Positions 13,348 to 27,164 of a DNA stretch of 64,000 bases are shown here, one piece after another (position 1 is the first letter of the stretch; every line of letters starts with the position of its first letter). Origin of the DNA: the human T2T-CHM13v2.0 reference genome, Homo sapiens; assembly GCF_009914755.1 (NCBI RefSeq), contig NC_060943.1; one strand, given 5' to 3'. The notes beneath the pieces are model-generated. The model saw only the letters and a list, made by a program, of their open reading frames with translations, was not told the DNA's origin and searched no databases. Both the position numbers and the translations under genes were made by a program.

Positions 13348-13618
13348 CTAACTTATCTTGCAAGTAAGGTAAAATCTCATTACCTTCAGAGTTCCTGACA
13401 ATTCTCTCTGCTAATGTAATTTTGGCTGTACAATGCTAAAAGCACATTTGTCCTCTGCCCAATCTTAGGTTATAGAATCTAACATAAATGATGACTTGCC
13501 CAACCAGTTCACCTAACTGGGTTCTGCTTCCAGGGTAATAAGTAAAGGGTAGTTCCTATACAGACATCTTACATTTCTTGTTAAAGTGAGTCTTTGTTTG
13601 GTCCTTCCAAATGGCTCC

Positions 13619-14038
13619 TGGAATGGTTTATATCTGTCCTTACCAAATCTCATGTTGAGCTGTGATCCTCAGTGTTGGAGGTGGGCCCTGGTGGCAGGTG
13701 ATTAGATCATGGGGGTGGTTCTTCATAAATAGTTTAGCACCATCCTCTTGGTGCTGTTCTCGTGATAGTGAGTGAGTGATCGCAAGATCTGGTTGTTTAA
13801 AAGTGTGTGGCACCTTCCCCATCTCTCCCTTCCTGCTGCTCTGGCCATGTGAAGTGCTGGCTGTCCTTCACCTTCTGCCATGATTGTGAGCTTCCTGAGG
13901 CTCCCCTAGAAGCTGAGCAGATGCCAGCATCATGCTTCCTGTACAGCCTGCAGAACTGTGAGCCCATTGAACTTCTTTTCTCATAAATTACCCATTCTCA
14001 GGTATTTCTTTAGAGCAGGGTGAGAACAAACTAGTACA
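13619..14038 (+). mobile_element. MSTA/MSTB solo LTR
   Basis: ccaaatctcatgttg...agatcatgggggtgg...cctgtacagcctgcagaactgtgag...aactagtaca; TSD gctcc/gttcc. Confidence 0.92.
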
Positions 14039-15219
14039 GTTCCTACCGTGAGACCTGCCAGTACTGAGGAGAGAAAGGTGTTCCATATGCATTTGCATCT
14101 GGCTTTGCCGTTAAACAGCACCCTTTCCAGATCTCCAGAGACCAGGTGGTAGGAAAAACAGAAGGTTGAGATAGAGGGTTCCAAACACTCTCTGATGGAT
14201 GGCATTGCAACTTGTCCCCTGTGAGGCCCTCACAAATAGCTGGCATGCCCATGGCCTCCCCCAACAGTTACCATTCCTCACTGCACTCCAAGTCTCTCCA
14301 TAGCCACCCCCACAACCATTGCCAGGTAGGCTCACTGGGTGTATGCCCGAAGTTTCCATGTTTAAGATCAATTCCAGAAGGTCTCTCCATGAAAGAGTGG
14401 CCCCAGCCCCTCCACCACCAGGCATGGTCATCTCCCCAGGGCTCTGTCTGAAAGAGCTTTCTGGTAATGCAGTTGACTTACAGAACAGTAGGATGTGGGA
14501 CAGTGAAGTTTCAATAGAATGAAAGGTCTTGAGTAAAAGCAATGCCCTGTCTGGAGCAGCAGGTCTGGAAACCAGGAGCAGGGATAGCTGAGATGCAGAA
14601 AAACCCAGAAGATGAAACGGGAGAACTTCTAAGCTGTCAGGTTCAAAAATGTCCCTAAGCCTTTTGTGTCCTGCTCTCCTCCCTGAAGACATGTGAAGAC
14701 ACAGGAATACACGTGTCTTCTCCTCCCCTCTTACGTGAAGACACGTAGGAACAGTATCTAACTGAGGCACTCACACGATGGTCATCTTCAAATAAGGAAT
14801 GGACTTTTCTGGGCCCTCTCACAGCCGCCTCCAGCACTTGACTTCCCAACCCCGTTCTGAGCTCCTGTGCCGGAGAGTCTGGGCTAGGTCAGCGGGGTGG
14901 GAGAGGCATCAAAGCAGAGATGAGTACACAGGCACACTGCACGGAGCAAGAGGCGTTATAGTGTGATACAGCAAGAGGCTGTGGAAGGAGCAGAGAATGA
15001 GTCCTAGGAGGGAGGTAGAGAAATCAGGGAAGGCTGCACAAGGGATGTAGCACTTGAGCTGATCCTGAAGTAGAAGGAGAAGCCCCTGCTGGGTGAAGAG
15101 TACCCATCTTACAGAAGTGTGGGAGCCAAACTTTCACCTGCAGGAGAAGGCACTTCTCACCTGAGCTTAGGCCAGGGGACTCCCTGCTCTGAGGCCACAC
15201 TCCTGACAGTGGTCACATC

Positions 15220-16200
15220 TCTGTCCGACAGCTATCTTTTGAATGTCCACTAAGTGCCAGCCACTGAGCCAGACACCGGGGATTTTATACATTATCAAGT
15301 CCCTGCTGCCACTGAGAAGATAGACAAACAAGTAAAAAAATCATAATTTTGGGTTGGAATCAGTTTGTGGAGGATATAATAAAACAGGGTGATGTGGCTA
15401 AGAGCCTTTGGGTCACAGAGAGGGCTTCTCTGAGGAGGAGGTCTCTGAACATAGACCTGAATCAATGTGAAGAAGCCAGCTGTGGCTCTGGGGAACAATG
15501 AGTCCTGGCCCAAATGTAGGCACAGCTGTCCCAAGACCGGCATGTCTGAAAAACAGTAAGCACACACGCACACACAAGCATGCACATGCACACATTCACA
15601 TACATGCATGAACATGCACACACGTGTGCATGCATGCACACGTACACACATGCACATACTCATACAACGCACATATACACTTATGCATATACACATGCAC
15701 ACACATATGCACACACACATGCACATGCACACACATGCACATACACATACACATGCACACACGGACACGTACACACATGCACATGCACACACATGCACAT
15801 ACACATACACATGCACACACGGACACGTACACACATGCACATATACAATGCACAAACACATTTATGCAATACACATGTACACACACATGCACACACACAT
15901 GCACACACATGCATGTACACATACAATGCACATACACACTTATGCACACACACATGCACATGCATATGCAAAGCGCACACACATACATGCACACATGCAC
16001 ACACATGCACATACACGTGTACACACATGCACATACACACAATGCACATACACACTTATGCACACACACGCACTGTCCTATGGGGCTGGAGCAGATGGGG
16101 GAGAGGTGGGAGATGACGTCAGAGGTGCGTGTCTGACAGGGTCTGGAGAGCACTTTGAAAACATAAAGAGAGACAGGAAGGACTTGACTGTGAACCCACT
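15220..16200 (-). mobile_element. L2 3' fragment split by a CA-rich tract
   Basis: ccactaagtgccagccactgagccagacaccgggga...agggcttctctgaggagg...; L2-like text resumes after 16073 (ggctggagcag...ggagatgacgtcagag). Confidence 0.65.
15561..16073. repeat. Degenerate (CA/TA/TG)n alternating purine-pyrimidine tract, ~510 bp
   Basis: cacacatgcacatacac... with an internal 58-bp duplication (ggacacgt at 15763 and 15821). Confidence 0.96.
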
Positions 16201-17949
16201 GCTTTGGCTGCTCAGAGGGCAAACTGTAGGGTCTAGGGTATCCCTGTGCTCACAGAAGGAGGCCTTACCCAGTGGACTCTCCCCTTCTCTTCAGATTCAT
16301 CCAAAGCTGGAACAGCCCTGGAATCTCAGAGAATCAGGATCTTCTGTCTCCAGAGAAGAGGGGAGCTCTGGCCCCCTTGTAGGGAAGCAGCTTCTGGACT
16401 CTCCTGTCTCCCTGCAGCCAACAACCTTCTTCCCAGCAACCCCCGACATACACCCCTGCCACCCTCAGTGGTTCCCGACATTGATGCTGGTGAGGGTGAG
16501 TGCTTCACCCAGTCCTCAGTGACCCGCAGGCTCCACTAAGAGGTCCAGAGGGGCCCTGATCCATAGGGAAGAAAGCAGAGGGGCCCCGACACAGCTCCAC
16601 GGTGCTGCAGGCAGGGCTCTCAGTGCCTCTCAGTGCAGGCTTCTGGGAAACAGACTACCCCTCAACAATTCTAGTCACATTCCCTTCCTCCATAAATGGG
16701 GCCAGTGGGATATGGAGAAAATTTGTCTGGTTTAACTAGGATTACCCTGAATAAACCATTTTCCTCGTCTTGATTTACCATTGAGAAGCTGGGCCCTGAT
16801 GAGGCTGTGTGAATTACGATTAGCGTCCTGCCCTGCCTGGGGTTTAATTAATTCGTGGGGCTGGATGCCTGGATAGCTCAGGGCACTCCCTGATGCTTGG
16901 GGCTAGCAGGCAGAGGCGCCCAGCGCAAGTGCAGCTCACTGAAGCTTCCGCACTGGGCTTGGCAACGGAGTGTTACCTTCTCATTAGGGAAATGGGGAGT
17001 GGAGCCCTCCAGAGGCTCCCACCCCCTGGACTCCTGGTCCCTAGCCCCCAGTCCATAGTCCAGCAGCTCTCCTGGTGTGGAGGACAGGGACTTCTCCATT
17101 CCATCCCTTTCAATCTCCTTCACAGCAGGAAGGATTCCTAAGTAGCATGATTAATTAGTCACTGGAGCAAGGGAGGGAACAGAGAGAGACCTGTAGAGGT
17201 CAGAATTTGAAGAGCCCGTGGAACCCAGAACCAATCACTGTTCATCCCCACCTCCCTGACCCCCTTGGTCCTCCTCCTCCTTCCCAGCCCTCCGCAGGCT
17301 CCCCTCACATTGACTGTCTCCACTCGACTTCAGGGTTCCCTGAGCCTCTTAGGGAAAGGACGTTGGAACATTAGAAGGGCCTTGGAGGATGGGAAGTGAG
17401 GTGAGTGACCCCAACTGTCTGGTGCATGCTGTTCACTAGCTACATGTATTTTGTTTGAACTCTAGAATTTTGCAATTTGTGCAACTTGAAAAAAGAAGAG
17501 TTCCCGTAGAAATCAGGATTTCTGGAAAATCTGAAAATGTTGCCACATTGGGCCCGCATTCCCTCCTGGTAGCAGACTGGATTAAACAGGGCTGCCTGAC
17601 CTGTGTAGCCACTATGGCCTGCACGCCTTGCTCACCTGACCAGCTCCGCCCCTGAACACACCTGTGTCAGGGAAGCTCACCTTCTAGACAGGGGCTGGGC
17701 CTGAGAGGTACCCAGAAGCCAGGAACGCAGGAACAGAGCACAAGACCTGCTCAGGAAGCCACAAAGGCGCTCCCCACCTTGGGGAAGAGTCACTGCTAAC
17801 CAACAGTGGGAGCGGTGTGTTGCTGGCTTTCTGCAACTGGGCTGAGAGGGAGGCATCCCAGGCAGGAGAAACAGCTGGAACCAAGGCCTAGGGGAGGAAA
17901 AGCTGGGGAATTTTAATGCCAGCTAAGTTGATGTTAAATCCTGGTGACA

Positions 17950-18272
17950 GGCCAAGCGTGGTAGCTTATGTCTATAATCCCAACAGTTTGGAAGGCTGAG
18001 GTAGGCAGATCACTTGAGCCCAGGAGTTCAAGACCAGCCCTGGCAACATAGCAAGTCCCCATCTCTACAAAACAAAAAAATTAGCCAGATGTGGTGGTGC
18101 AAGCCTGTAGTCCTAGCTGTTTGGGAGACTGAAGCGGGAGGACATCTTGAGCCCAAGAAGTCGAGACTACAGTGATTGCAACACTGCACTCCAGCCCGAA
18201 TGACAAAGCAAAACTCTGTCTAAAAATAAACAAATACATACATACATACATACATACATACATACATACATA
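17950..18272 (+). mobile_element. Alu (AluJ-like) with (TACA)n tail
   Basis: ggccaagcgtggtagc start; TSD tcctggtgaca at 17939-17949 and 18275-18285. Confidence 0.95.
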
Positions 18273-18555
18273 AGTCCTGGTGACAGAGAAGTTCTCAAAA
18301 CTCCTTCTTGGACACATTTTACAATGTTTGTAACATCATAGACATCCTCCATTTGACATGGCTCAAGCAGCCTCTGCTGTGAAGTGGCATCTGGACCAGA
18401 AACAGCATCATATCACCACACATGGATGTCTGATGTCTTCTTTTGCCTTAAGAACCCTGGTTTCTGTCATGAGGTCAACCTGTCGAGGAAGGAGGCACCA
18501 TCTGCCCTCAGCAATGCTGGGGGCTGCCAGGGGATGCGGGCAGTCAGCACAGTTC

Positions 18556-18847
18556 TTTTTTTTTTTTTTTTTAAAGTCTCGCTCTGTTACCCAGGCTGGA
18601 GCACAATGGCACAATCTCAGCTGACTGCAACCTTTGCCTCCTGGGTTCAAGTGATTCTCCTGCCTCAGCCTCCTAAGTAGCTGGGATTATAGGCGTGGGC
18701 CACCATGCCCAGCTAATTTTTGTATTTTTAGTAGAGATGGTGTTTGCCATGTTGGCCAGGCTGTTCTCGAACTCCTGACCTCAAGTGATCTGCCCACCTC
18801 GGCTTCCCAAAGTGCTGGGATTACAGGTGTGAGCCACTGTGCCCGGC
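18556..18847 (-). mobile_element. Alu (AluS-like)
   Basis: Poly-T followed by antisense Alu ending gtgcccggc; gcacagtt on both sides. Confidence 0.95.
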
Positions 18848-19737
18848 AATGGCACAGTTAATTCTCCAGAAAGTTTCCCTTGCATATTCTGCATGTATTG
18901 GGGGTGCATATGTCCCAGAAGTAATAGTGACAAGCAGGTCTGTGCCTCCACGACCAAGCTGGGCTCACAGCCCAATGAGACCTTGGTTCTCTCTGCTCCC
19001 TCCTTGCTCGCGTGCCTATAGTTAGATGGAAACTCGACCTCCGTCTGCCAGGGAGGCCCAGCCAATGGCCAACCAGCAGGTCTGTGGCCCTGACACAGAC
19101 ATTTATGTCCCTGCAATCCTCAGAGGCTTCGTGCATTATTCAGCACAGTTCCCCCAGCCATGCCCTGGCCCTGTGCAGTCTCCAGAGGGTTTCCAGAGCA
19201 ACATATTTTGGAGCTGAATTACAAGATCAGACAGTTGGGGAAATTCCTGCTTTAACACAACACCTCTGAGATAAAATTTAATGGTGGAAGAAATACGGTA
19301 TTTTGAAAACATGAAAATAAACATTCTGCAGAACCGGGATACGAAGTCGCACAGTACAGCCTGTGAAAGCCTCTCTGTCACAGAAGAGGTCTAATAATTT
19401 TTAATAGTCCTGTAAATCTCCCTTATGAGATGCAGCTACTGTAAACACTTCTCCATAATTTTTTCAAGTATTTATGTAGTGCTGTTAGAAGTTATTAAAC
19501 GCGAATGATTTTCATTGATAACTCTCATTCTGAAGGTGCTGCCAACCAGCTCAACCTAAAGATGGTAAAAGGGAAAGTGTCCCCCGCAGGGTCAACTTGG
19601 GCTGCTCCTGGGATCTTCTTTCTGAACTAAAGGCAGTCTGGGACCATTCTGAACTTGCCTGGTGATCGGTGGCAAACTCATTCACTCCCCCACTGCCATC
19701 TCCCACGTTATGAAATGAGAAGAAATCATTCCTGCAG

Positions 19738-21175
19738 TTCATTTATCATTTTTGCATGTATTAGCGTGCTGGCAGGCATTTTACAAGGCCCTGGGAATAG
19801 AACGGCAAGAAAAAGAGACACCATTCCTACCTTCATGGAGCTTGTGGTTCCAAGGCAAACAGGCATGAATCAAGGGATTACAGAAGACGGTGTAAAATTG
19901 TAAATGTGGAATTATTGTAAAGGGAAGCTAACACAGGTCATGGGTTGGGGGAGCATCACAGGGAGATGCCCAGTCTTCAAGGTCTGAGAAAGCGTCCTCT
20001 TGGCAGAAACCCTTGTGTTGACACCTATGAGATCTGTAAGACTAGAAGAGGCCAAATAGGCCAAAAGGGGAGAAAAACAATGGAAGCAGGAGGAGCACCA
20101 GCAAGGCCAATGTGTGGGAAGAGGAGTAAGACATGTTGGAAGTGAGAAAAGGCTGGGTGGCTGGGAAAAACGTCTGATGGGAAACATGGTCGGAGAGGAG
20201 CCTGGGGAGGAAGAAAAGAGCCCCGCCAAGGAGGGCCTTGTAGGACAACTGGTGTGTCTTCATCCCACTGTCAGGGGAGGGCCTTTGGAGGGTTTGCAGC
20301 AGAGTAGGGAGGGGTGCTATAGATGAGTGTGCTTTTGAAGCGATCACTCCAGCTGCAATGTGATACAAAGACAAGGGGGTTCCGAGTATCAACAGATGGA
20401 CCAGCAAGGATTCTGCTGCATGCCTGAGACAGCAGTGAATTGAGGAGGGATGAAGAGGGGTCAAGGGTGGGGCGGGGTGGTCCTCAGGCTTCTAGACTGT
20501 ACCATTTAATGAAGTGTGGCACCATTCACTGAAATGGAAACATGGCAGAATATCAGGGTTGTGGGGTGAAGGTCATGAGCTTGTTTTTGGACCACTGAGT
20601 TTGGGATGTCTATGAGGGAGATACTAAGTTAGCTCCCTACTCAGGCATAGAGTGCAAAGGAAAGCCCTGGAATGAAGGTGTAAATTTGTAAGCCCTCTGT
20701 ATGCAGATGGTGATTGAAGCTATGAGCATGCATGCAGCTTTCTTGAGAGATGATATAAGAGAACAGAAATGGATTCATCCCTGTGAAGGCCATCATTTGG
20801 TGAAATCATTCTCCATCTGGGTTGCACATGAGAGTCATGAGGACAGCTTTAGAAATGCTGATGCCTGGGTTCTAGCTACAGAGGTTATGATTTTATCGTT
20901 GTTTTGGTCTGGTATGTGACCCCCGCATCTGAAATTGTAACTGCTTCCCAAGTGACTCTAATGAGCAGCTAAGGTTGAAAACCCTCACTTCTTAGCTGGG
21001 AAGTGGAAAATAAACTGCAAAGGAAACAGAACATATCAGGTAGAGAAATAGAGGGAAATCAAGTAAGAAGGAGTGGTCAGAGTGCCTAGGGCTGCTGAGG
21101 TCCAGCAATACCAGAACTGAAAGTGCCGCTGGATTTAGCAAACTGAAGGTCGCTGGTGACATGAGTGAGGTCACT
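19738..21175 (-). mobile_element. L2 LINE fragment (~1.4 kb, interrupted by MER5)
   Basis: Antisense L2 3' end (ttcatttatc...ccttcatggagctt) through gatggtgattgaagctatgag and ggatttagca...ggtcgctggtgac. Confidence 0.75.
20800..20990. mobile_element. MER5-type hAT MITE
   Basis: ttagaaatgctgatgcctggg...cccaagtgactctaatgagcagctaaggttgaaaacc. Confidence 0.7.
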
Positions 21176-21319
21176 CATTATCATCTTCCGTGGCCTCTCA
21201 AAGGCTGAAATGATGTGGCCATCCACCCTGCTCAGGCTTTATAAAGATGACACAGGTGGCATCCAGGTGTGGGGTTTATGAGTGCAGTCAAGGGTGATGG
21301 GGACTTATTGCTGCTCTGG

Positions 21320-21830
21320 GTGTGTGGAGGGCAATTTGTCTATATCTATCAAAATTATAAATGTATGCATCATGTGTCTTGATAATCCTACTTCTAAGAA
21401 TAACACAATGGCATATGCACAAGGTTATTCACTGAAACACTGCTTATATAATAGCAGCAACAGACTGGAAATGGTGCAAACACCCAACGTCAGGGCATAC
21501 ACAACCATCAAGAGAAATACAGACACCTGCTATGTCCTGCCAGGGAATAGTCTCCAAGATACGGTGTGTGAAGACAGACGAGTGCAAAAACAGGCAGAAT
21601 AGCAGTGTTGGAACTCCTGTTACACGGAAGCGGCCCAAAGACACCCATTTGCATGCATATCTATTTTCTCTGCAAGGACACTTGAAACAGGTGAAATTGG
21701 TTACTTCCTGGGACAGACACTAAATGTGAGGTGACTAGGGAAGGGAAAGAGAGAGAGAGTTTTCACTGTATTTGTGACCTTTCACCCATATGGCTTTCAA
21801 ACCATTGAAACCTATTGAAAATAAAAACTG
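21320..21830 (+). mobile_element. Old L1ME-like 3' fragment
   Basis: tggagggcaatttg...atcaaaattataaatg...atgcacaagg-ttattcactg...atagtctccaagata. Confidence 0.6.
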
Positions 21831-22139
21831 ATGAGAATGGTATTTCCCTGAGAACAGGGGAGGGGGAGGCTGTATTTTGGGGTGTAAGGAAAGCAGAGTT
21901 TTTCAGGGACCACACCTGTTACTTTGTATCCCAATTCATTTAAGTGTGCTGATAGTTTTCATTGTATTTGTTGTATTATTTGTTTGAAATCAACAAGATT
22001 GCAAGAACTGGGATGTGTTATTTAGAGTTTATGCTGGAAGACTGATTGTTCATCAATGTCAAAGATACACTTTAGAGATAATATCTCACTCCTGAAGTCC
22101 TTATTATTTCCAGTAGCCAAACTCAATTTCTGAAGTTGA

Positions 22140-22350
22140 TATAAAGCTCACTGGGCTAGGAAGCAGGAGTCTGAGATTGGGTCTTAGTTTTATCAATAGC
22201 GTACTCGGTGGCCTTAGGTAAGTTGCTTCATCTCTCTTCACTTTAGTTTCCCGTCCATGAGGTGAGGTTGGTAATCCCTGGCTTAGCTGATTCCCCTAAA
22301 CTCTAAGGAACAAAGGGGACCACAGATGTACTTGTACTTGGTAAAATATA
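22140..22350 (+). mobile_element. MIR SINE
   Basis: gtggccttaggtaagttgcttcatctctct...agtttccc MIR core. Confidence 0.6.
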
Positions 22351-22419
22351 GACACCTACAAATGTGATGGGTCTGCTATTTTTATCCTATTGCTGCTTGA
22401 ACTTTGAAAATCTATTTGA

Positions 22420-22616
22420 ATACATGCATACACACATGTATACACATGCATACATATATGCATATATATACACATACATGCATACCTGCATAGACATACA
22501 TATATACACACAAACATATATGCATAAAATACATATATACACACACACATACATGCAAACACATACACATATATACATACACACATACACACAAGCATGC
22601 ATGCACACACACACAC
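22420..22616. repeat. (TA/CA)n degenerate dinucleotide tract
   Basis: tacatgcatacacacatgtatacac... about 200 bp. Confidence 0.93.
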
Positions 22617-24120
22617 CTCTCCAAGAAACTGAAGACATCCACATTTTATTACAGGACAAAGACTGAGCAATTTTCCAAACCTCCACTCACATGCCCAGGA
22701 AAAGGCAAATGGCTATCTTAGCTAAGCCAGAACTCTTGCCCGGAAAGCTAGCTTGGCTAATTTCCTGAGAAGCCCACAGGGAAGAGGCTTGAGGAACAGC
22801 ACCTGTCCACCAGCCAACAAGATTGATCCCTGGCCTCCCTTGGCGGGGCTGGCAGGACAGTGTAGCAAGGCAGCTGGCCAAACTCTCCCCAAGGCTCGCC
22901 GAACTTTTAGCTAGTGATCAGGTCTGTAAAGCCTGACCTTTATCGTAGGATAAAAGTAGGCTTTGTTCATTCATTTCATCTTCCCTAAAGGTACCATTAG
23001 CGATTTATTGATTTTTCTTTTTAGAGAAAATCTTAAAGTTTCTTTTTAAGACAGAGATTTGAGCCTGTGCATCTAACCCTCCCCAACTTCCACCTTCCTG
23101 CTGGCATACAAAACAGGGAAAGACTGTGTCAGTGCTGAAGCTCCGGAGGAAAGAGAGCCCCTTGGCAGAAACACTGTAGACTTCTGCTGGGCCAAGAGCT
23201 GGGGAAGGCAGACTGCAAGGAGGACCTACCTTACATAGGAGACCACGTTTGCCTGGAAGGCGAGTGGAGGAAAACCCAGGGGACGCCACTAGTGCCTCAG
23301 ACTTAAAGGGAGAGCTGGACTGCAGATGACGATGGACAGAGGGGTTGCCTGGGGTGCACAGGAATCCCACCAATATGCACTTATGCAAAGTGGCTCCAAA
23401 CTGCACCCAGTCAAGATCCAACAGCAGTTATTCCATTCCCCTCATTGTCAAAGTCCTCAGGACCATCCCAGTTGATGGGAGATGAAGGAACAGAGACCTC
23501 ATACACTCTCCCCTACCCCCTTTCTTATTCCCACCAGTGGCACAAGAGGGTTCTAGGTCCCCCTCACTCCTTTATCCTGTCCCACTCCATCCTTGATGGA
23601 AGGAGTCTTTTAGCAGAAAAAAAGTGAATTAAATAAAGCCCAAATGTAGTGAGAGAAAGGTGTGTCTGTCTACAGGTATTTTACTATGAGAAAGGTGAAG
23701 ATACAAGGAGGCAAGATTTGAGGTGGGAGCTGGGAGGAGGAAGGAAACCCAAGAGAAAGAGATGCTCAGCAGATCTGGGAGAGGAGCCCGGCACTGACTG
23801 AGGGAGTTGCTGAAGTGCCTCTTGATTCCAGGTGCTTTGCTGCTCCCTGACCCGCATGGTGGGACCCTTCTTGGTGACAGGGAAAGCCTGCAGCCCTCCC
23901 AGTCATTGTCACTGATGGAATAAATGCATAGTTCTGGAAATAAGTCCTCTAAAATTCTGCTCAATTGTGGCACCATCTACTTTTTACCTCTGTACTTTCA
24001 TTTTTAATTCCCCAAAATGTTTTACTATAAATTCTTATTAGCCAAAACATGCTTTAAGGATTGAAACAAACAAAAACCTAAAATGACTTATCGTCTCCTG
24101 CAGACCAATATCCAGGGTCA

Positions 24121-24560
<440 letters not shown>

Positions 24561-24971
24561 TCAGGCCCCTTCACAAATGCCAGCTCAGATGTCACAGCCT
24601 TGAAGGACCCTGCTCATCCCGACCCCAAGGGGCGGAACTCATCTCGCCCACCCACCTGCTGCTCATCACTGAGTCCTCACCAGTGTATGACCACTGCCCA
24701 TTAGACTGCGTAGAGTCAGTGCTCATCACTGCCACCTCCACAGAGTCTTTCCCAGGACCCAGCTCAACGTTTATGGATGGAGGCTGTGTTTGAAAGGTTT
24801 CCAGGTTGAGTCCCCAGACAGCCAGGTATCACGGTAGCCAAGGACAGGATGTGCCAGAAACGGATGAAGTCCCGCCCCTGTGCCAACTCTTTCAATTCTG
24901 GATGCAGCTCTGCAACTGAAGCTCCCTTATCATCCCCATTGCACAGGGATGATGGGAACCATGCGGGGTCA

Positions 24972-25534
24972 GTTTCACTCTGGGAAGTGGTGGAGCTGGG
25001 GCTCGCTCTAAGGGGACAGCAGAGCTGGGGCTCGCTGTACGAGGCAGTGGGGCTGGGGCTGGCTGTAGGAGGTGGTGAGGCTGGAGTTCGCTCTAGGGGG
25101 CAGGGGGGCTGGGGCTCACTCTAGGAGGCTGTGGGGCTGGAGTTTACTCTAGGTGGCAGCAGGGCTGGGGCTCACTCTATGGGGCAGTAGGGTTGAGGCT
25201 GGTTCTAGGAGGTGGTGGGGCTGAAGTTCGCTCTAGGGGGTGGTGGGGCTGGGCCTGGCTCTAGGAGGTGATGGGGCTGGGGCTCGCTGTAGGGGGCGGC
25301 GGGGCTGGGGCTGGCTCTAGAAGGTGATGGGGCTGGGGCTCGCTCTAGGGGGCAGCAGGGCTGGGGCTCGCTGTAGGGGGCGGCGGGGCTGGGGCTCGCT
25401 CTAGGAGGTGATGGGGCTGGGGCTCGCTCTAGGAGGTGATGGGGCTGGGGCTTGCTCTAGGGGGCAGTGGGGTTGGGGCTCGCTCTAGGGGGCGGGGGGG
25501 CTGGGACTCACTCTAGGAGGTGATGAAGCTGGGG
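24972..25534. repeat. 28-bp G-rich minisatellite, about 20 copies, inside a MIR
   Basis: Unit ~ggggctggggctcgctctaggaggtgat; MIR-like flanks ttatcatccccatt (5') and accctggcattctgactccag (3'). Confidence 0.95.
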
Positions 25535-26381
25535 TGGACCCTGGCATTCTGACTCCAGCACTGTGTGTCTAATGATCATTAGAAAAGTTTCCATACTTTT
25601 TTCGCTTTAGAAAAATGGTGCTGTGTCACAGCTTCTTCAAGAGTCAACAGATAAGCTGTATGTGCCATCCCCTGTAAGGCTGGGAAAGAGCCATTGCTCT
25701 CCAGGTCACAATGGCCAGGGAGCCTTTGCCCAGACCCTGAACGCTGAGCAAAGGTCACGAGTAGGGAGTTCTCTCTGGATCAGATTTTTACTCCAAGTAA
25801 TCTCTCCCAGCCTTGCAGTGTGGTGTTTCTAAGTACACTCCAAAGTATTGCCAAAGATGAGGCAGTCAAGGACCAGCACTCACACAGGGCCTTAATTACT
25901 CAAAGATCTGTGTGTTTACTGAATGAAGATATTTATGCCATTCTAAGAAGGTTTACACAGGAAAGGTTTACAAAAAAAAGAAAAGGAATAATAGTTTGCT
26001 TTATGCAAAATCTTAGGCTTAAAGTGGAATTGACTCCAAGATTCCCTAGGATATAGAACTCTAATGCCACCTTTAGAGCAAGCTTTCTCTACTATGGAGT
26101 TTTCGGGACCTGAGCTCACAGTCCTCTCCCTTCCTTCCTCTCCTGCTTCTTCACCCTCTCTCTGTTGCCTCCAGGGTCGTAGGGCCATTCTGCATTCTGC
26201 CCTAACATCTTTCTGCTATCTGGGAAAAGGGCCCATGCCCAGTGCTTCAGGGCAATTTCCAGCTACCTCCAAGCCCAGAGAGGTGCTCTCAGCATGGGGC
26301 CTCCACTCACCCTGTGGCATGACTCCACCCACCCACCCACTGGAGCATTCCTGCCCCCCATATTCTACCCCCTGGCTGTGA

Positions 26382-27048
<667 letters not shown>

Positions 27049-27164
27049 AGTGGTCTTCATTTTAACACAGTGCTGCAGGACAGGCATCCTGGGGGAGGAC
27101 AGGGAGGGGCAGAGGGTCCCTGTGCAGTTGAAACAACTCTCACCCTAAATGTTCTTCTCTCTCA

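Larger units (their letters stand above)
12040..13400 (+). mobile_element. ERVL-class solo LTR hosting a MER21 insertion (family uncertain)
   Basis: TG...CA ends (tgtcc...gttcctgaca), 5-bp TSD attcc/attct, AATAAA near 12363; continuous across the MER21. Confidence 0.75.

Noticed and set aside
14111-14770. 219-aa ORF in unique sequence (also 215 aa at 31320-31967)
   Set aside because: Non-ATG starts, no recognisable motif; lengths are plausible by chance in 64 kb
15295-16522. His/Thr- or Cys/Val-rich ORFs up to 304 aa (also 22356-22686)
   Set aside because: Translations of CA/TG dinucleotide tracts
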